Positions 8,767 through 17,879 of a stretch of DNA of 64,000 nt are shown one piece after another. The DNA is from an uncultured Enterobacterales bacterium (GTDB taxonomy: Bacteria; Myxococcota_A; UBA796; CAJQPC01). How positions within the stretch are numbered: position 1 is the stretch's first letter; every line of letters starts with the position of its first letter. The notes under the pieces were generated by a model. That model was given only the letters and a program-made list of their open reading frames with translations. It was not told the origin of the DNA and made no database searches. The stretch covers positions 617 to 64,616 of the forward strand of contig CAZSZE010000016.1 in NCBI GenBank assembly GCA_964610645.1. The letters run 5' to 3'. A program made the translations under genes and the position numbers.

Positions 8767-10890
8767 ATGCGTCGCTTTCTCTTGCCTGTCGTCCTTCCCC
8801 TGGTTCTCTTTTCAACCGCCTGTCGTGACACCGACAAGGGGATCGTGCTTGAAACCGGTCAGGTGGAGGACACCAGCGCGGAGGACACCGGGGACACCGA
8901 GGACACCGGGGAGGCCGTGGATGCGGATGGGGACGGCGTGCCGGCCGAGCAGGACTGCGATGACACGAATGCGGAGATCTACCCAGGGGCCGATGAGTCC
9001 TGTGACGGTGCCGACAACGACTGCGACGGGGTGATTGACGAGGACGATGCTGTGGACGTGGTCACGTTCTACGCGGATGGGGACGGCGATGGGTTTGGCG
9101 ACAACGAAACCTCGGTGATGGCCTGCGAGGCGCCAGTGGGTTTCAGCGCCACCGGAGGGGACTGTGATGATGCGGATCCAGCGTTCCACCCGGGGGCGGG
9201 GGAGTCGGACTGCACGGACCCCGCCGACTACAACTGCGATGGATCCGTGGGGTGGGCCGATGCGGATGCCGACGGGTTTGCAGCCTGTGAGGACTGCGAC
9301 GATGCAGACGTGGACGTGAATGACAACGCCACCGAGATCTGCGACACCATCGACAACGACTGCGACGGGCTGGTGGACAGCTACGATCCGAGCGTGACGG
9401 ACGCCTCGACCTGGTATGGCGATGCGGACGGCGACGGCTACGGGGGAAGCCAGTTCCAGACGGCGGCCTGCGTGGCTCCGGCCGGGTATGTCGCCAGCTC
9501 GGATGACTGTGATGACCTGGATGCGACCAGCCATCCCGGAGGCACGGAGGTCTGTGACCTGGCCGACAACAACTGCGATGGTGTGGTCGACGAAGGGGTT
9601 GAGTTCACCTGGTATGCCGATGGGGACGGCGATGGATACGGCGATGCGGCGACCACCACGGACGCCTGCACCCAGCCCCCGGGGTACTCCGCCAACGGCG
9701 ATGACTGCGATGACAACAGCGCCTCCACGAGCCCGGCGGGGCTGGAGGTCTGCGATGGAGCCGACAACAACTGCGATGGGGTGGTTGACGAGGCTGGGGC
9801 ACTGGGGGGAAGCACCTGGTACGTGGATGCAGATGGGGATGGATGGGGTGTGACGACAGGCAGCGTGGTGTCGTGCAGTGCCCCGAGTGGCTACGCAGCG
9901 GTGGATGGTGACTGCAACGATGACCCGGCGGCGGGTGGGGCCGATCAGTACCCGGGCGCGACGGAGACCTGGTACGACGGCATCGACCAGGACTGCGATG
10001 GATTCGATGATGACCAGGACGAGGACGGAGCACTCCTTGCGGACGACTGCGATGACTTGGATGCAGCCTCGACGATCGTGTCCGAGGACGGCGACTGCGA
10101 CGGGATTCTGACGGCAGCCGATTGCGACGATGCAGATGCCACCTCCACCGCAATCGCGGACGACGCGGACTGCGACGGGATCCTCACGGCTGCGGATTGT
10201 GACGACGGCGATGCGGCCTCCACGGCGGTGGCCGACGATGCGGACTGCGATGGTGTGCTCACGGCAGTGGATTGCGACGACACCGACCCGGCCCAATCCT
10301 GGTGCCGCACCTGCAACGACATTCTCGCAGCGGGTCTCTCCGTTGGTGACGGGGACTACACCATCGATCCCGTCGGAGGTGATGCCTTTGTTGTGACCTG
10401 CGACATGACCACCGATGGCGGCGGCTGGACGGAGATCGCCTACACCCAGGACCTGGACTTCCTGGGACATGGCGGTCCAGGCGACAACTGGGAGTGGCTG
10501 TCGAGTGACTTCTCCCTGGAGCTTACCGATGCCCGGATCCAGGCGATCCAAGGGCTCTCCACCGAGGGCAAGCAGCGCTACGTGGGCATCTGCAACAATG
10601 TGATCCACTACTACTACAACGCCGGTTCCACCTACAGCTACGCCTTCGGATTCCGGTTCCTGGACGGGACGGAGACCCCGAATGGCACCTCGAACTACAG
10701 CCCACACGTGATCACGGTTCCCCAGGATGGCTGCGCCTCAAACGACTCGGCGGGCAACACCGCTGCGACAGGCACCTGGTTCGACATCGAGAGCGTGCTC
10801 GTGCCGGTCATAAATGTATACAGCCGCGACAACGAGCCCAGTGAGCCGTATGGATCCTCCCTCACCGCCAACCCTGCTTGGTTGCGGTAG
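8767..10890 (+). CDS. secreted lipoprotein with Cys-rich Asp-rich repeats and C-terminal fibrinogen-like (CDMxxDGGGWT) domain
   Basis: Lipobox LVLFSTAC. It carries about 8 modules of D.DGDG...CDD.....PGA.E.CDG.DNDCDG..DE. The C-terminal part reads CNDILAAGLSVGDGDYTIDPVGGDAFVVTCDMTTDGGGWTEI. Confidence 0.75.
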   Translation: MRRFLLPVVLPLVLFSTACRDTDKGIVLETGQVEDTSAEDTGDTEDTGEAVDADGDGVPAEQDCDDTNAEIYPGADESCDGADNDCDGVIDEDDAVDVVTFYADGDGDGFGDNETSVMACEAPVGFSATGGDCDDADPAFHPGAGESDCTDPADYNCDGSVGWADADADGFAACEDCDDADVDVNDNATEICDTIDNDCDGLVDSYDPSVTDASTWYGDADGDGYGGSQFQTAACVAPAGYVASSDDCDDLDATSHPGGTEVCDLADNNCDGVVDEGVEFTWYADGDGDGYGDAATTTDACTQPPGYSANGDDCDDNSASTSPAGLEVCDGADNNCDGVVDEAGALGGSTWYVDADGDGWGVTTGSVVSCSAPSGYAAVDGDCNDDPAAGGADQYPGATETWYDGIDQDCDGFDDDQDEDGALLADDCDDLDAASTIVSEDGDCDGILTAADCDDADATSTAIADDADCDGILTAADCDDGDAASTAVADDADCDGVLTAVDCDDTDPAQSWCRTCNDILAAGLSVGDGDYTIDPVGGDAFVVTCDMTTDGGGWTEIAYTQDLDFLGHGGPGDNWEWLSSDFSLELTDARIQAIQGLSTEGKQRYVGICNNVIHYYYNAGSTYSYAFGFRFLDGTETPNGTSNYSPHVITVPQDGCASNDSAGNTAATGTWFDIESVLVPVINVYSRDNEPSEPYGSSLTANPAWLR
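10084..10295 (+). repeat. 75-nt (25-aa) tandem repeat x ~2.8 inside the lipoprotein gene
   Basis: The peptide reads EDGDCDGILTAADCDDADATSTAIA / DDADCDGILTAADCDDGDAASTAVA / DDADCDGVLTAVDCDDTDP. Confidence 0.8.
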
Positions 10891-10925
10891 TTCCTCGTGT
10901 GACGACGCGGCGATCCCCCGGGCGG

Positions 10926-12149
10926 TCAGTACCCCCGCGGAAGCCCCAGTTCGTGCTCGCTGACGAAGTTCAGGATCATCTCGGCTGTGATCGGCGCGGT
11001 CCGCAGCAGGCGGGCGGACTCGTAGTAATGGATGATTCCGTACTCCTCTGAGAAGCCGTAGCCGCCGAGGGTCTGGATCGCCCGGTCCACGGCTTCAATC
11101 GCCATCTCCCCGGCCTTGTATTTCGCCATGTTGGCGTAGGTTCCGACCTTGCCGGGATGCTCCCCCTGGTCAAAGGCCCAGGCGGCCCGGTAGGTGAGCA
11201 GGCGCACGGCGTCTAGCTCAATGCGGACCTTCGCCAACGGATGCGAGATCGCCTGGTAGGCGCCGATGGGGCGGTCCTTGAAGACGGTGCGCTCCTTGGC
11301 ATAGCTCACGGCCTTGTCCAGGCAGTTCTGGGTCATGCCGCAGGCGGTGGCGGCCGCCAGGATCCGCTCCGGGTTCAGGGAGTTGAACAGCGCCATGCCC
11401 CCCATGTCGGCCTCGCCCACCAGCTCGGTGGCCGGCACCCGGACATCGTCCATGTAGACCGTGTACTGGGTCATGCCCTCGATGCCCCGGGTCGGGATGG
11501 GCTTGAGATCAATGCCGGGCAGCTTGGGATCGAGAATGAACAGCGCCAGGCCAAAGGCCTTGGGCAGGCCCTGTTCCTCGCATTGCTCCCGGGAGGTGGT
11601 GCGGCACACGAGCAGCAGGCGATCCGCCACATCGGCTCCGGTGATGAACACCTTCTGGCCGCTGATCAGGTAGTCATCGCCATCTTTCTTGGCGAGGGTC
11701 TGGATGCGGAAGGCGTTCGAGCCGGCGTTGGGCTCGGTGAGCGCAAAACCAAACTTCATCTCCCCGCTGGCCATCTTGGGCAGGTAGCGGCGCTTCATCT
11801 CCTCGGAGCCGTTGCGCAGGATGCACGACGCATCCATGGTGGTCAGCACGAAAAGGGCGTTTCCGAACCCCATAGTGGCCAGGGTCTCCAGGCCGATGGT
11901 GGTGGCCAGCAGTCCCATGTCGTTGCCGCCATATTCCTCGGGAATCACGCAGCCCATCAGCCCGGTGGAGCAGATGGCATCCCAGACCTCCTGGGGGAAG
12001 ATCTTGTCCTTCAACACCATCTTCACCAGCTCTTCCCGGCGGCCCTTGAACGGCTCCAGGCACTTCTTCATGGAGTCCTGGATCATGAGATGTTCTTCGG
12101 AGAATTCGAAATCGAGGGCCATGGGGCGCTCCGGTGGCAGAGGTGTCAT
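10926..12149 (-). CDS. acyl-CoA dehydrogenase
   Basis: 407 aa with typical ACAD architecture: FALTEPNAGSNAF, the middle domain ISGQKVFITGA, and C-terminal QTLGGYGFSEEYGIIHYY. Confidence 0.9.
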   Translation of the reverse strand: MTPLPPERPMALDFEFSEEHLMIQDSMKKCLEPFKGRREELVKMVLKDKIFPQEVWDAICSTGLMGCVIPEEYGGNDMGLLATTIGLETLATMGFGNALFVLTTMDASCILRNGSEEMKRRYLPKMASGEMKFGFALTEPNAGSNAFRIQTLAKKDGDDYLISGQKVFITGADVADRLLLVCRTTSREQCEEQGLPKAFGLALFILDPKLPGIDLKPIPTRGIEGMTQYTVYMDDVRVPATELVGEADMGGMALFNSLNPERILAAATACGMTQNCLDKAVSYAKERTVFKDRPIGAYQAISHPLAKVRIELDAVRLLTYRAAWAFDQGEHPGKVGTYANMAKYKAGEMAIEAVDRAIQTLGGYGFSEEYGIIHYYESARLLRTAPITAEMILNFVSEHELGLPRGY

Positions 12150-12166
12150 CCTGAGATTTCATCAAG

Positions 12167-12185
12167 TGTAAGGTGACACCTCATG
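12167..12185. promoter_or_regulatory. candidate operator TGTAAGGTG-A-CACCTCATG within promoter TTGCCG-17-TACACT
   Basis: Lies 18 nt upstream of the ACAD start. On the gene strand the palindrome sits in the spacer between -35-like and -10-like hexamers. Confidence 0.6.
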
Positions 12186-12250
12186 CTCGGCAAGGGGGGC
12201 TCGACCCTCAAGGTCTCCGAGGTTGCTGGAGGCCCTGGAAAAGCCCTCGG

Positions 12251-13855
12251 TCAGGGTCCGCCGTAGAAGAGAAAGGCCGCCCCTGGGTGCCCCAATTCGC
12301 TGCCATGGTAGGAGACGCCAATCACGAAGTCGTCGTAGGAATCGTTGTTGATGTCTCCGAGTCCCGCCAAATCAACGTTGGCGTACATTCCTGTCTCCCC
12401 CACGAACTTTGCATCCGCGTCAGACAGGTCAACGACGCCCGCCAACGGTCCATAGAGGAGATGTGCTGCTCCTGCGTCGTGTCCATCGGTTTGATTGACC
12501 CGGCCACCTACCAAGACATCGCCGAGACCATCCCCGTCAACATCGCCCGCATCCGAAACGACTCCACCCGCGTAATCTCCAGCATTCTCGCCCACCAATT
12601 TTGCAGTGGCGAGAGACAGGCTGAATTCCCCTTCAACTCTGTCTGTTACTAAGTAGGCCGCGCCGGCGTTGATTCCACCAGTCCATTCCCGTGGTGCCCC
12701 TACCAGCAGGTCCGGAGTTCCGTCTCCGTTCACGTCTCCGGTGCCTGACACGTCGTAGCCGGCATAGTCGCCGGTTTCTTCACCTGTCAGGGTGGCGTCT
12801 GCTCGTTCACTGACCGCATGGGTTCCGACGACTGGCCCCCAAAGGACAAAGGTCCTGCCCGGTCACCCGGGGGCACTCACGATGATGTCGGCAAGGCCAT
12901 CGCCGTTCAGGTCGCCGGCGGCAGAGACTGAGGTCCCCAACCGGCCGCCATACAGGTAGCCAAGGAGATGGGCGGTGGGTTTGTAGACATTTTCTGGCTC
13001 GGTCGGCGGCTCTGTATACAGGTAGACTGAGCCTCCATCAAGGGAGTCATTAACGTCGCCGTGACGATCGCTTGACCGGCCGATCAAGATGTCGGCCAGG
13101 CCATCGCCGTCCACATCTCCGGCTCCAGCTATCCCGGTACCTCCAATAATATTACCATGCTGGTTTTCAAAAAGAGCGCCTGCGTCCGAGAGGCTGCTGC
13201 TACCGCGCTTGGGACTCTTGAGGAGAACCACCCCCTGGTTGCTTCCAATCAATAAATCGTCGAAACCGTCGGCGTCGACATCCCCGACTCCAGCGACCTG
13301 GTGGCCAGTAAAACTCCTCTCTTCTGAGCCAAGGATTGTTGCGACGGCCGCCTCAGAAAGTTCGGCGATTCCTCGAACTGCGCCTGTCACTAAATAGGCT
13401 GCACCTGCATTCTCCCATGGGAGATCTTCGTAAGGAGCAACAACGATCAAATCGGGTCGACCGTCTGCATCGACGTCGCCGACCGCCGCGACTGCATCTC
13501 CAGCGCCACCGAGTGGTTGTTTTCCAATCAGGGCTGCGTCGGCGGTTTCTGGGCTGAGGAACCCTTTTGGCCTCGTGTAACAACCCTCGTCGATTCGTCC
13601 GTCGCAGTTCGTGTCGTGGCCGTCACAGACCTCCGCAGCACTGGGGTTCACTGCTGCATCCGAATCGTCACAGTCAGATTCGTTTGGGTACCCGTCGCCG
13701 TCGCCGTCGTGGTCGGGATCCCAGTTCGTGTTGGCTGCTGTGTCTACGGGCTCTTCCTGCCTTTGTACGGACCGCTTTGTCTCAGCGTCTCTCAAGTCCT
13801 CACAGGCCGCCACCAGGAGAATCGTGATCGCCAGGGAGTGGGAGTTGCGTTCCAT
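12251..13855 (-). pseudogene. FG-GAP repeat lipoprotein interrupted by a single in-frame TGA (12863-12865)
   Basis: ORFs 12863-13855 and 12251-12751 are in the same frame. The translation reads ...GDGLADIIVSAPG*PGRTFVLWGPVVGTHAV...GDVNGDGTPDLLVGAP. Lipobox LLVAAC, and GD(V/L)(D/N)GDG FG-GAP repeats occur on both sides of the stop. Confidence 0.7.
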
Positions 13856-13865
13856 CCGGAAGATC

Positions 13866-14201
13866 TCAATGCAAGAGATTCAAGGGGCGAGCCCTGTAAA
13901 CTGGAGGGCCTTCCCCTGGGAACTGGTCGTTTTTCCCGCAAGTGGTCAAGGTGTTGCCGCTTTGTTGCAGCTGAAAAGAGCTTCCTACAACCGGACACTC
14001 CAAGGCCATGAGGGTCCAATCACCCCCCGTGTTGTCTCCGTACATCTCCCAGCCCAGCATTTGGGTGGCCCCTTCGACCTGGATGACTCGGCAGAGATCG
14101 TTGAGGGAAAGGAGCCAATCGCCTGTCGAGTCGACCCCCACAATGAAAAGGACTGAAACAGGGGAGTTCAGTTTCATGGACAATCCGGATGAAATTGTCA
14201 T
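13866..14201 (-). CDS. hypothetical small protein in a lower-GC islet
   Basis: ORF of 111 aa (or 103 aa from the ATG at 14177), ending 8 nt before the FG-GAP gene start. No motif recognised and the start is uncertain. Confidence 0.3.
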   Translation of the reverse strand: MTISSGLSMKLNSPVSVLFIVGVDSTGDWLLSLNDLCRVIQVEGATQMLGWEMYGDNTGGDWTLMALECPVVGSSFQLQQSGNTLTTCGKNDQFPGEGPPVYRARPLNLLH

Positions 14202-14325
14202 ATTGCCAGCACTCGGAGCGCCGCTGCCGTCTGATTCTGAGCCTACATTGTAGATTAAGGCACGGTCAAGGACATTCGACCGCTGCCCATGGAACGCACT
14301 GTAGGGCAGAGCGGACGCCGAGTTT

Positions 14326-14799
14326 TCAGCGCAGAACCTCCCCCTCCATCGCCCTGGAAATCCGCTTCAAGTAGGCGCCGATCTGCTTTTCGGTCATGTC
14401 CCGGGCGATCTTGTTGGCCATGCGCACGATCATCCTCGGCACGGGGAGCACGACCACGAGGCGGTTCTGGAAAACCAGGCGGGTGCCGTCTCCATCGGGG
14501 GTGACCACCCACTGGCCGTCGGCGCGGGTGTTCTTGGATCCGGCGTCCGTGGACCAGGTCACTGTGCCGGCCTCCGGGTCCGGAACGTAGCGGGCGGCAT
14601 AGCTCACGGGAAAGTTGATCTTTCCCACCTTGAAACTGGAGAGGTGCCAGCGGTAGACCCCGTCGCCCAGGTCCTCCAACCGCTGCAGGCCCGGGAAGTG
14701 GGCTGCGGACCGGGGCACGTCTGCCACCATCTCAAATGCCTGCTCCGGGGACCAGTTCACACGCAGGGTGCGGCGGATGTTGACTTCGACTTCAGCCAT
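14326..14799 (-). CDS. SRPBCC (START/polyketide-cyclase/CoxG-like) ligand-binding protein
   Basis: 157 aa from MAEVEVNIRRTL. The SPEQAFEMVADVPRSAAHFPG pattern is typical of the SRPBCC fold. The longer ORF-track N-terminus has no support. Confidence 0.65.
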   Translation of the reverse strand: MAEVEVNIRRTLRVNWSPEQAFEMVADVPRSAAHFPGLQRLEDLGDGVYRWHLSSFKVGKINFPVSYAARYVPDPEAGTVTWSTDAGSKNTRADGQWVVTPDGDGTRLVFQNRLVVVLPVPRMIVRMANKIARDMTEKQIGAYLKRISRAMEGEVLR

Positions 14800-14854
14800 G
14801 GGAATGCTCCAACGTGGGATTGCAGGAGGGGACAGGTGCGTTAGCACGGGACCC

Positions 14855-15466
14855 ATGATGGACCGAATGCTGGCTTTTTTCTTGGCGCTCTTCATCGCCA
14901 CACCTGCGCAGGCCTTTGATGCGTCCAAGGTGGATGGGCCGACCCTGGAGCGCCTGGCGGGTGCCGGGCAGATTGTCGTGGTCGAGGAGGCGCCGAACGG
15001 AAAGCTGACTCTCGTGACCGCGGGCCAGAAGGTCAATGTCCCTCCGGAAACGGTCTGGGCCCTGGTGACCGACTACGGCAACTACCACAAGTGGATGCCC
15101 CAGGTGGACAAGGTCACCACCAGCAACCGAAAGGGGAACACGGTCGATGTCCACTTTGACCTGGACTTCCAGTTCTCGGTGATCTCCAAGGAGGTCACCT
15201 ACTCCATGCGCCACATCGAGACCCCCATGACCAGCATTCGCTGGTTCCTGACCAAGGGGGATTTTTCCTCTTCTCGGGGGAGCTGGCACCTCGTGCCCAC
15301 AGATGGCGGCAAGGCGACCTTGATCTTCTACTCCACCTACACGGACCTGCTGTCCATGGGGTGGATTGTGGCGTCGTTGCTGGAGGAGCAGCCCAGCATG
15401 GAGATGGCGATCCAGGCCTCCACGGCGGTGATGGTGGTCAAGTCCGTCAAGGAAGCGGTGGAGTAG
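14855..15466 (+). CDS. secreted SRPBCC-domain protein
   Basis: 203 aa from MMDRMLAFFLALFIATPAQA (signal peptide). PPETVWALVTDYGNYHKWMPQV is SRPBCC-like. Confidence 0.65.
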   Translation: MMDRMLAFFLALFIATPAQAFDASKVDGPTLERLAGAGQIVVVEEAPNGKLTLVTAGQKVNVPPETVWALVTDYGNYHKWMPQVDKVTTSNRKGNTVDVHFDLDFQFSVISKEVTYSMRHIETPMTSIRWFLTKGDFSSSRGSWHLVPTDGGKATLIFYSTYTDLLSMGWIVASLLEEQPSMEMAIQASTAVMVVKSVKEAVE

Positions 15467-15541
15467 GGCGGGTTCGCCGGCCCGAGCGGACCGGAACGAT
15501 GCCGGAAGGGCTTGACGGGCGGGGCAGGTCCACATACAAAG

Positions 15542-15560
15542 TAATAGGTAACACCTTACA
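15542..15560. promoter_or_regulatory. candidate operator TAATAGGTA-A-CACCTTACA
   Basis: Lies 17 nt upstream of the ligase ATG. The half-site runs into the -10-like TACACT and is followed by GAGGGG. Confidence 0.55.
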
Positions 15561-15576
15561 CTTTGAGGGGCGTTGC

Positions 15577-17067
15577 ATGCTGGTTCCGGACCTCCTTCGA
15601 GAGGCTGCTGCCAAACAGCCGGAACGGGTGGCTGTCCACGTGGATGGTTGCGGGGAAATGACGTACGGGCAGTGGGAATCCCGCTCGAATCGCTTGGCCC
15701 GGGCCCTGGTGGCACTGGGGGTGTGCCCGGGGGACCGGGTGGCCCTGTCCTTCACCAACTTCGATGGACTGGCGTTTCTGGTCAGCTGGTTTGCGATTCA
15801 CAAGGCCGGCGGTGTGGGGGTGCCCACCAATCCGGCGGCCCCGCCCCGGGAGTTGGCGCACATTCTGGCGCACGCCCAGGTGAAGTTGGTGCTGGGTGCC
15901 GAGGGAACGCCCGCCCGCATGGCGGAGGTTCTTCCGGAAGACGCCAGCATTCTCTCGGGGACGCAGTTGGAGGGCTGTTGGACCGACGGGGACGGGGCCT
16001 CCTTCCAGGTCCCCACGGACCCCGATGCCCTCGCGGACATTCTGTACACCTCGGGCACCACGGGGCTGCCGAAGGGCGTGGCCTGCACCCACCGGAACGT
16101 GACCTTTCAGGGCGAGTCCAAGCTGCACAAGTTCTTCAAGGGCCTGCGCTACCTCCATGCGGTTCCGCTGTTCACCTTTGCTGGCTCCCATGCCATGACG
16201 CTGCTGTGCCTGCGCGGCACCATGACCCACGTGATCCAGCCCAGGTTTGAGCCCGGGCGCTTCCTGGATCTGCTGGCCGAGAAGAAGGTCGCCATCGCCT
16301 ATGCAGTCCCAGCCATGTTGCTGCGCTGCCTGGACCACCCGCGAATCAAGGAGGGGGGGTTCGACTTCCTGCGCCTGCTCATGTACGGCACGGCCCCCAT
16401 GCCGCCCCAGGCGATTGTGGGCCTGGCCGAGCACTTCAGCGGCACCTTCCTGGTCAACCTGTATGGGCTGACGGAGGGGGGCGCGGCTGTCTGCTCCCTG
16501 CCGCCCCAGGAGGCCCTGGCCCGCCCGGACTCCATTGGAAAGCCTCTGCCTCCGACCGAGGTGAAGATCGTGGATGAATCGGGTGCGGAGCTTGGACCGG
16601 GGGAACCCGGGGAGATCTGCATCAAGGCGGTTGTCGCGGGCCGCAGCTATTTCCGGGATGAAGGCGCGACCGACAGCACCTGGCAGGACGGCTGGCTGTT
16701 GACCGGGGACATCGGAATCCTGGATGCCGACGGGTACCTGTACCTGGTGGACCGCAAGAAGGACCTGATCATCGTGGGGGGGCACAACGTCTCGGCCCCG
16801 GAGGTGGAGGCGGCCTTGCTGGAACACCCGCAAGTGCGAGAGGCAGCTGTTGTCGGCTTGCACCACCCGGTCATGGGGGAGGTTCCCCAGGCCTTTGTGG
16901 TGGGGCGGGAGGAGACTCCGGCCCCGGATGCGCTTCAGAGTTGGCTCGAGGAGCGCCTCGTGTCCTACAAGGTCCCCCGCACCTACACCTTCCTGGACGA
17001 GCTGCCTCGAAACGCCCTGGGCAAGGTGCTCAAGCGCAAGCTTCGCGCCGAGCGAGCCCCCGCATGA
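15577..17067 (+). CDS. AMP-dependent acyl-CoA synthetase/ligase
   Basis: 496 aa with the AMP-binding motif YTSGTTGLPKGV, then LTGDIG...GYLYLVDRKKDLI and the C-terminal PRNALGKVLKRKL. Confidence 0.9.
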   Translation: MLVPDLLREAAAKQPERVAVHVDGCGEMTYGQWESRSNRLARALVALGVCPGDRVALSFTNFDGLAFLVSWFAIHKAGGVGVPTNPAAPPRELAHILAHAQVKLVLGAEGTPARMAEVLPEDASILSGTQLEGCWTDGDGASFQVPTDPDALADILYTSGTTGLPKGVACTHRNVTFQGESKLHKFFKGLRYLHAVPLFTFAGSHAMTLLCLRGTMTHVIQPRFEPGRFLDLLAEKKVAIAYAVPAMLLRCLDHPRIKEGGFDFLRLLMYGTAPMPPQAIVGLAEHFSGTFLVNLYGLTEGGAAVCSLPPQEALARPDSIGKPLPPTEVKIVDESGAELGPGEPGEICIKAVVAGRSYFRDEGATDSTWQDGWLLTGDIGILDADGYLYLVDRKKDLIIVGGHNVSAPEVEAALLEHPQVREAAVVGLHHPVMGEVPQAFVVGREETPAPDALQSWLEERLVSYKVPRTYTFLDELPRNALGKVLKRKLRAERAPA

Positions 17068-17879
17068 AGACCCACCACGTAGATCTTGGCGAGTACGCCC
17101 TGGCCATACACGAAACCGGGGCAGGACCCACCCTTGTGTTCGGCCACTCCCTGACCTTTGACCACCGCATGTTCCTGGCCCAGGTGGAGGAGCTGTCCAA
17201 GACCTACCGCGTGCTGCTGGTGGACCTCCATGGACAGGGGGAGAGCAGCGCCCCGAACGACTACTTCACCCTCGATGACATGGCGGACGACGTGGAACGG
17301 GCGCTCGCCTCCCTGGACGCCGGCCGGGTCTGCTACCTGGGCCACTCCATGGGGGGCATGGTGGGCATGCGGCTGGCCATTCGACACCCGGAGCGCGTGG
17401 GGGCGCTGGTGCTGATGAACACCAGCGCGGAGGCCGAGCCGCCGCCGGTGCAGGAGCTGTACCACAGCGTCAACGAGGGCTCTCGGGGCAAGCCGTCCAA
17501 CGAGGCGACCGTGGGTTTTCTGATGAATCTCATGTTCTCCCCCGAGTTTCGAGAAGCCTGCCCGGAGCGGGTAGCCTCCTATGAGCACCAGCTGTTCAAC
17601 CCCCCTGACCCCGAGGGGGTCTACTTTGCTGCCCACGCGGTCATCTGGCGGGAGGAAATCCTGCAGGCCTTGTCGAACCTGGAGGTGCCAGCCCTGGTGG
17701 TGGGTGCACAGGAGGACAGCAGCGTGCCACTGAAGCACCAGGAGCAGATCGCTGCCCACCTGCCCGGCGCACACCTCGCCGTCATTGATGCCTGCGGCCA
17801 CATGGCCCCGGTAGAGCAGCCGGACTTGCTGATCGGCCACATGCGGGAGTTCCTCGACACCCATTGGAGTGCGGTATGA
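17064..17879 (+). CDS. alpha/beta hydrolase
   Basis: 271 aa with an ATGA start/stop overlap. HG box VFGHSL and nucleophile elbow GHSMGG. Confidence 0.85.
   Translation: MKTHHVDLGEYALAIHETGAGPTLVFGHSLTFDHRMFLAQVEELSKTYRVLLVDLHGQGESSAPNDYFTLDDMADDVERALASLDAGRVCYLGHSMGGMVGMRLAIRHPERVGALVLMNTSAEAEPPPVQELYHSVNEGSRGKPSNEATVGFLMNLMFSPEFREACPERVASYEHQLFNPPDPEGVYFAAHAVIWREEILQALSNLEVPALVVGAQEDSSVPLKHQEQIAAHLPGAHLAVIDACGHMAPVEQPDLLIGHMREFLDTHWSAV

Noticed and set aside
12863-12865. In-frame TGA as selenocysteine or as genome-wide TGA reassignment.
   Set aside because: Many well-supported genes in the window terminate at TGA, including ATGA/GTGA coupled stops. I see no obvious SECIS-like hairpin just downstream, and the loop position in an FG-GAP repeat has no redox context. 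A nonsense mutation or a sequencing error is more parsimonious.
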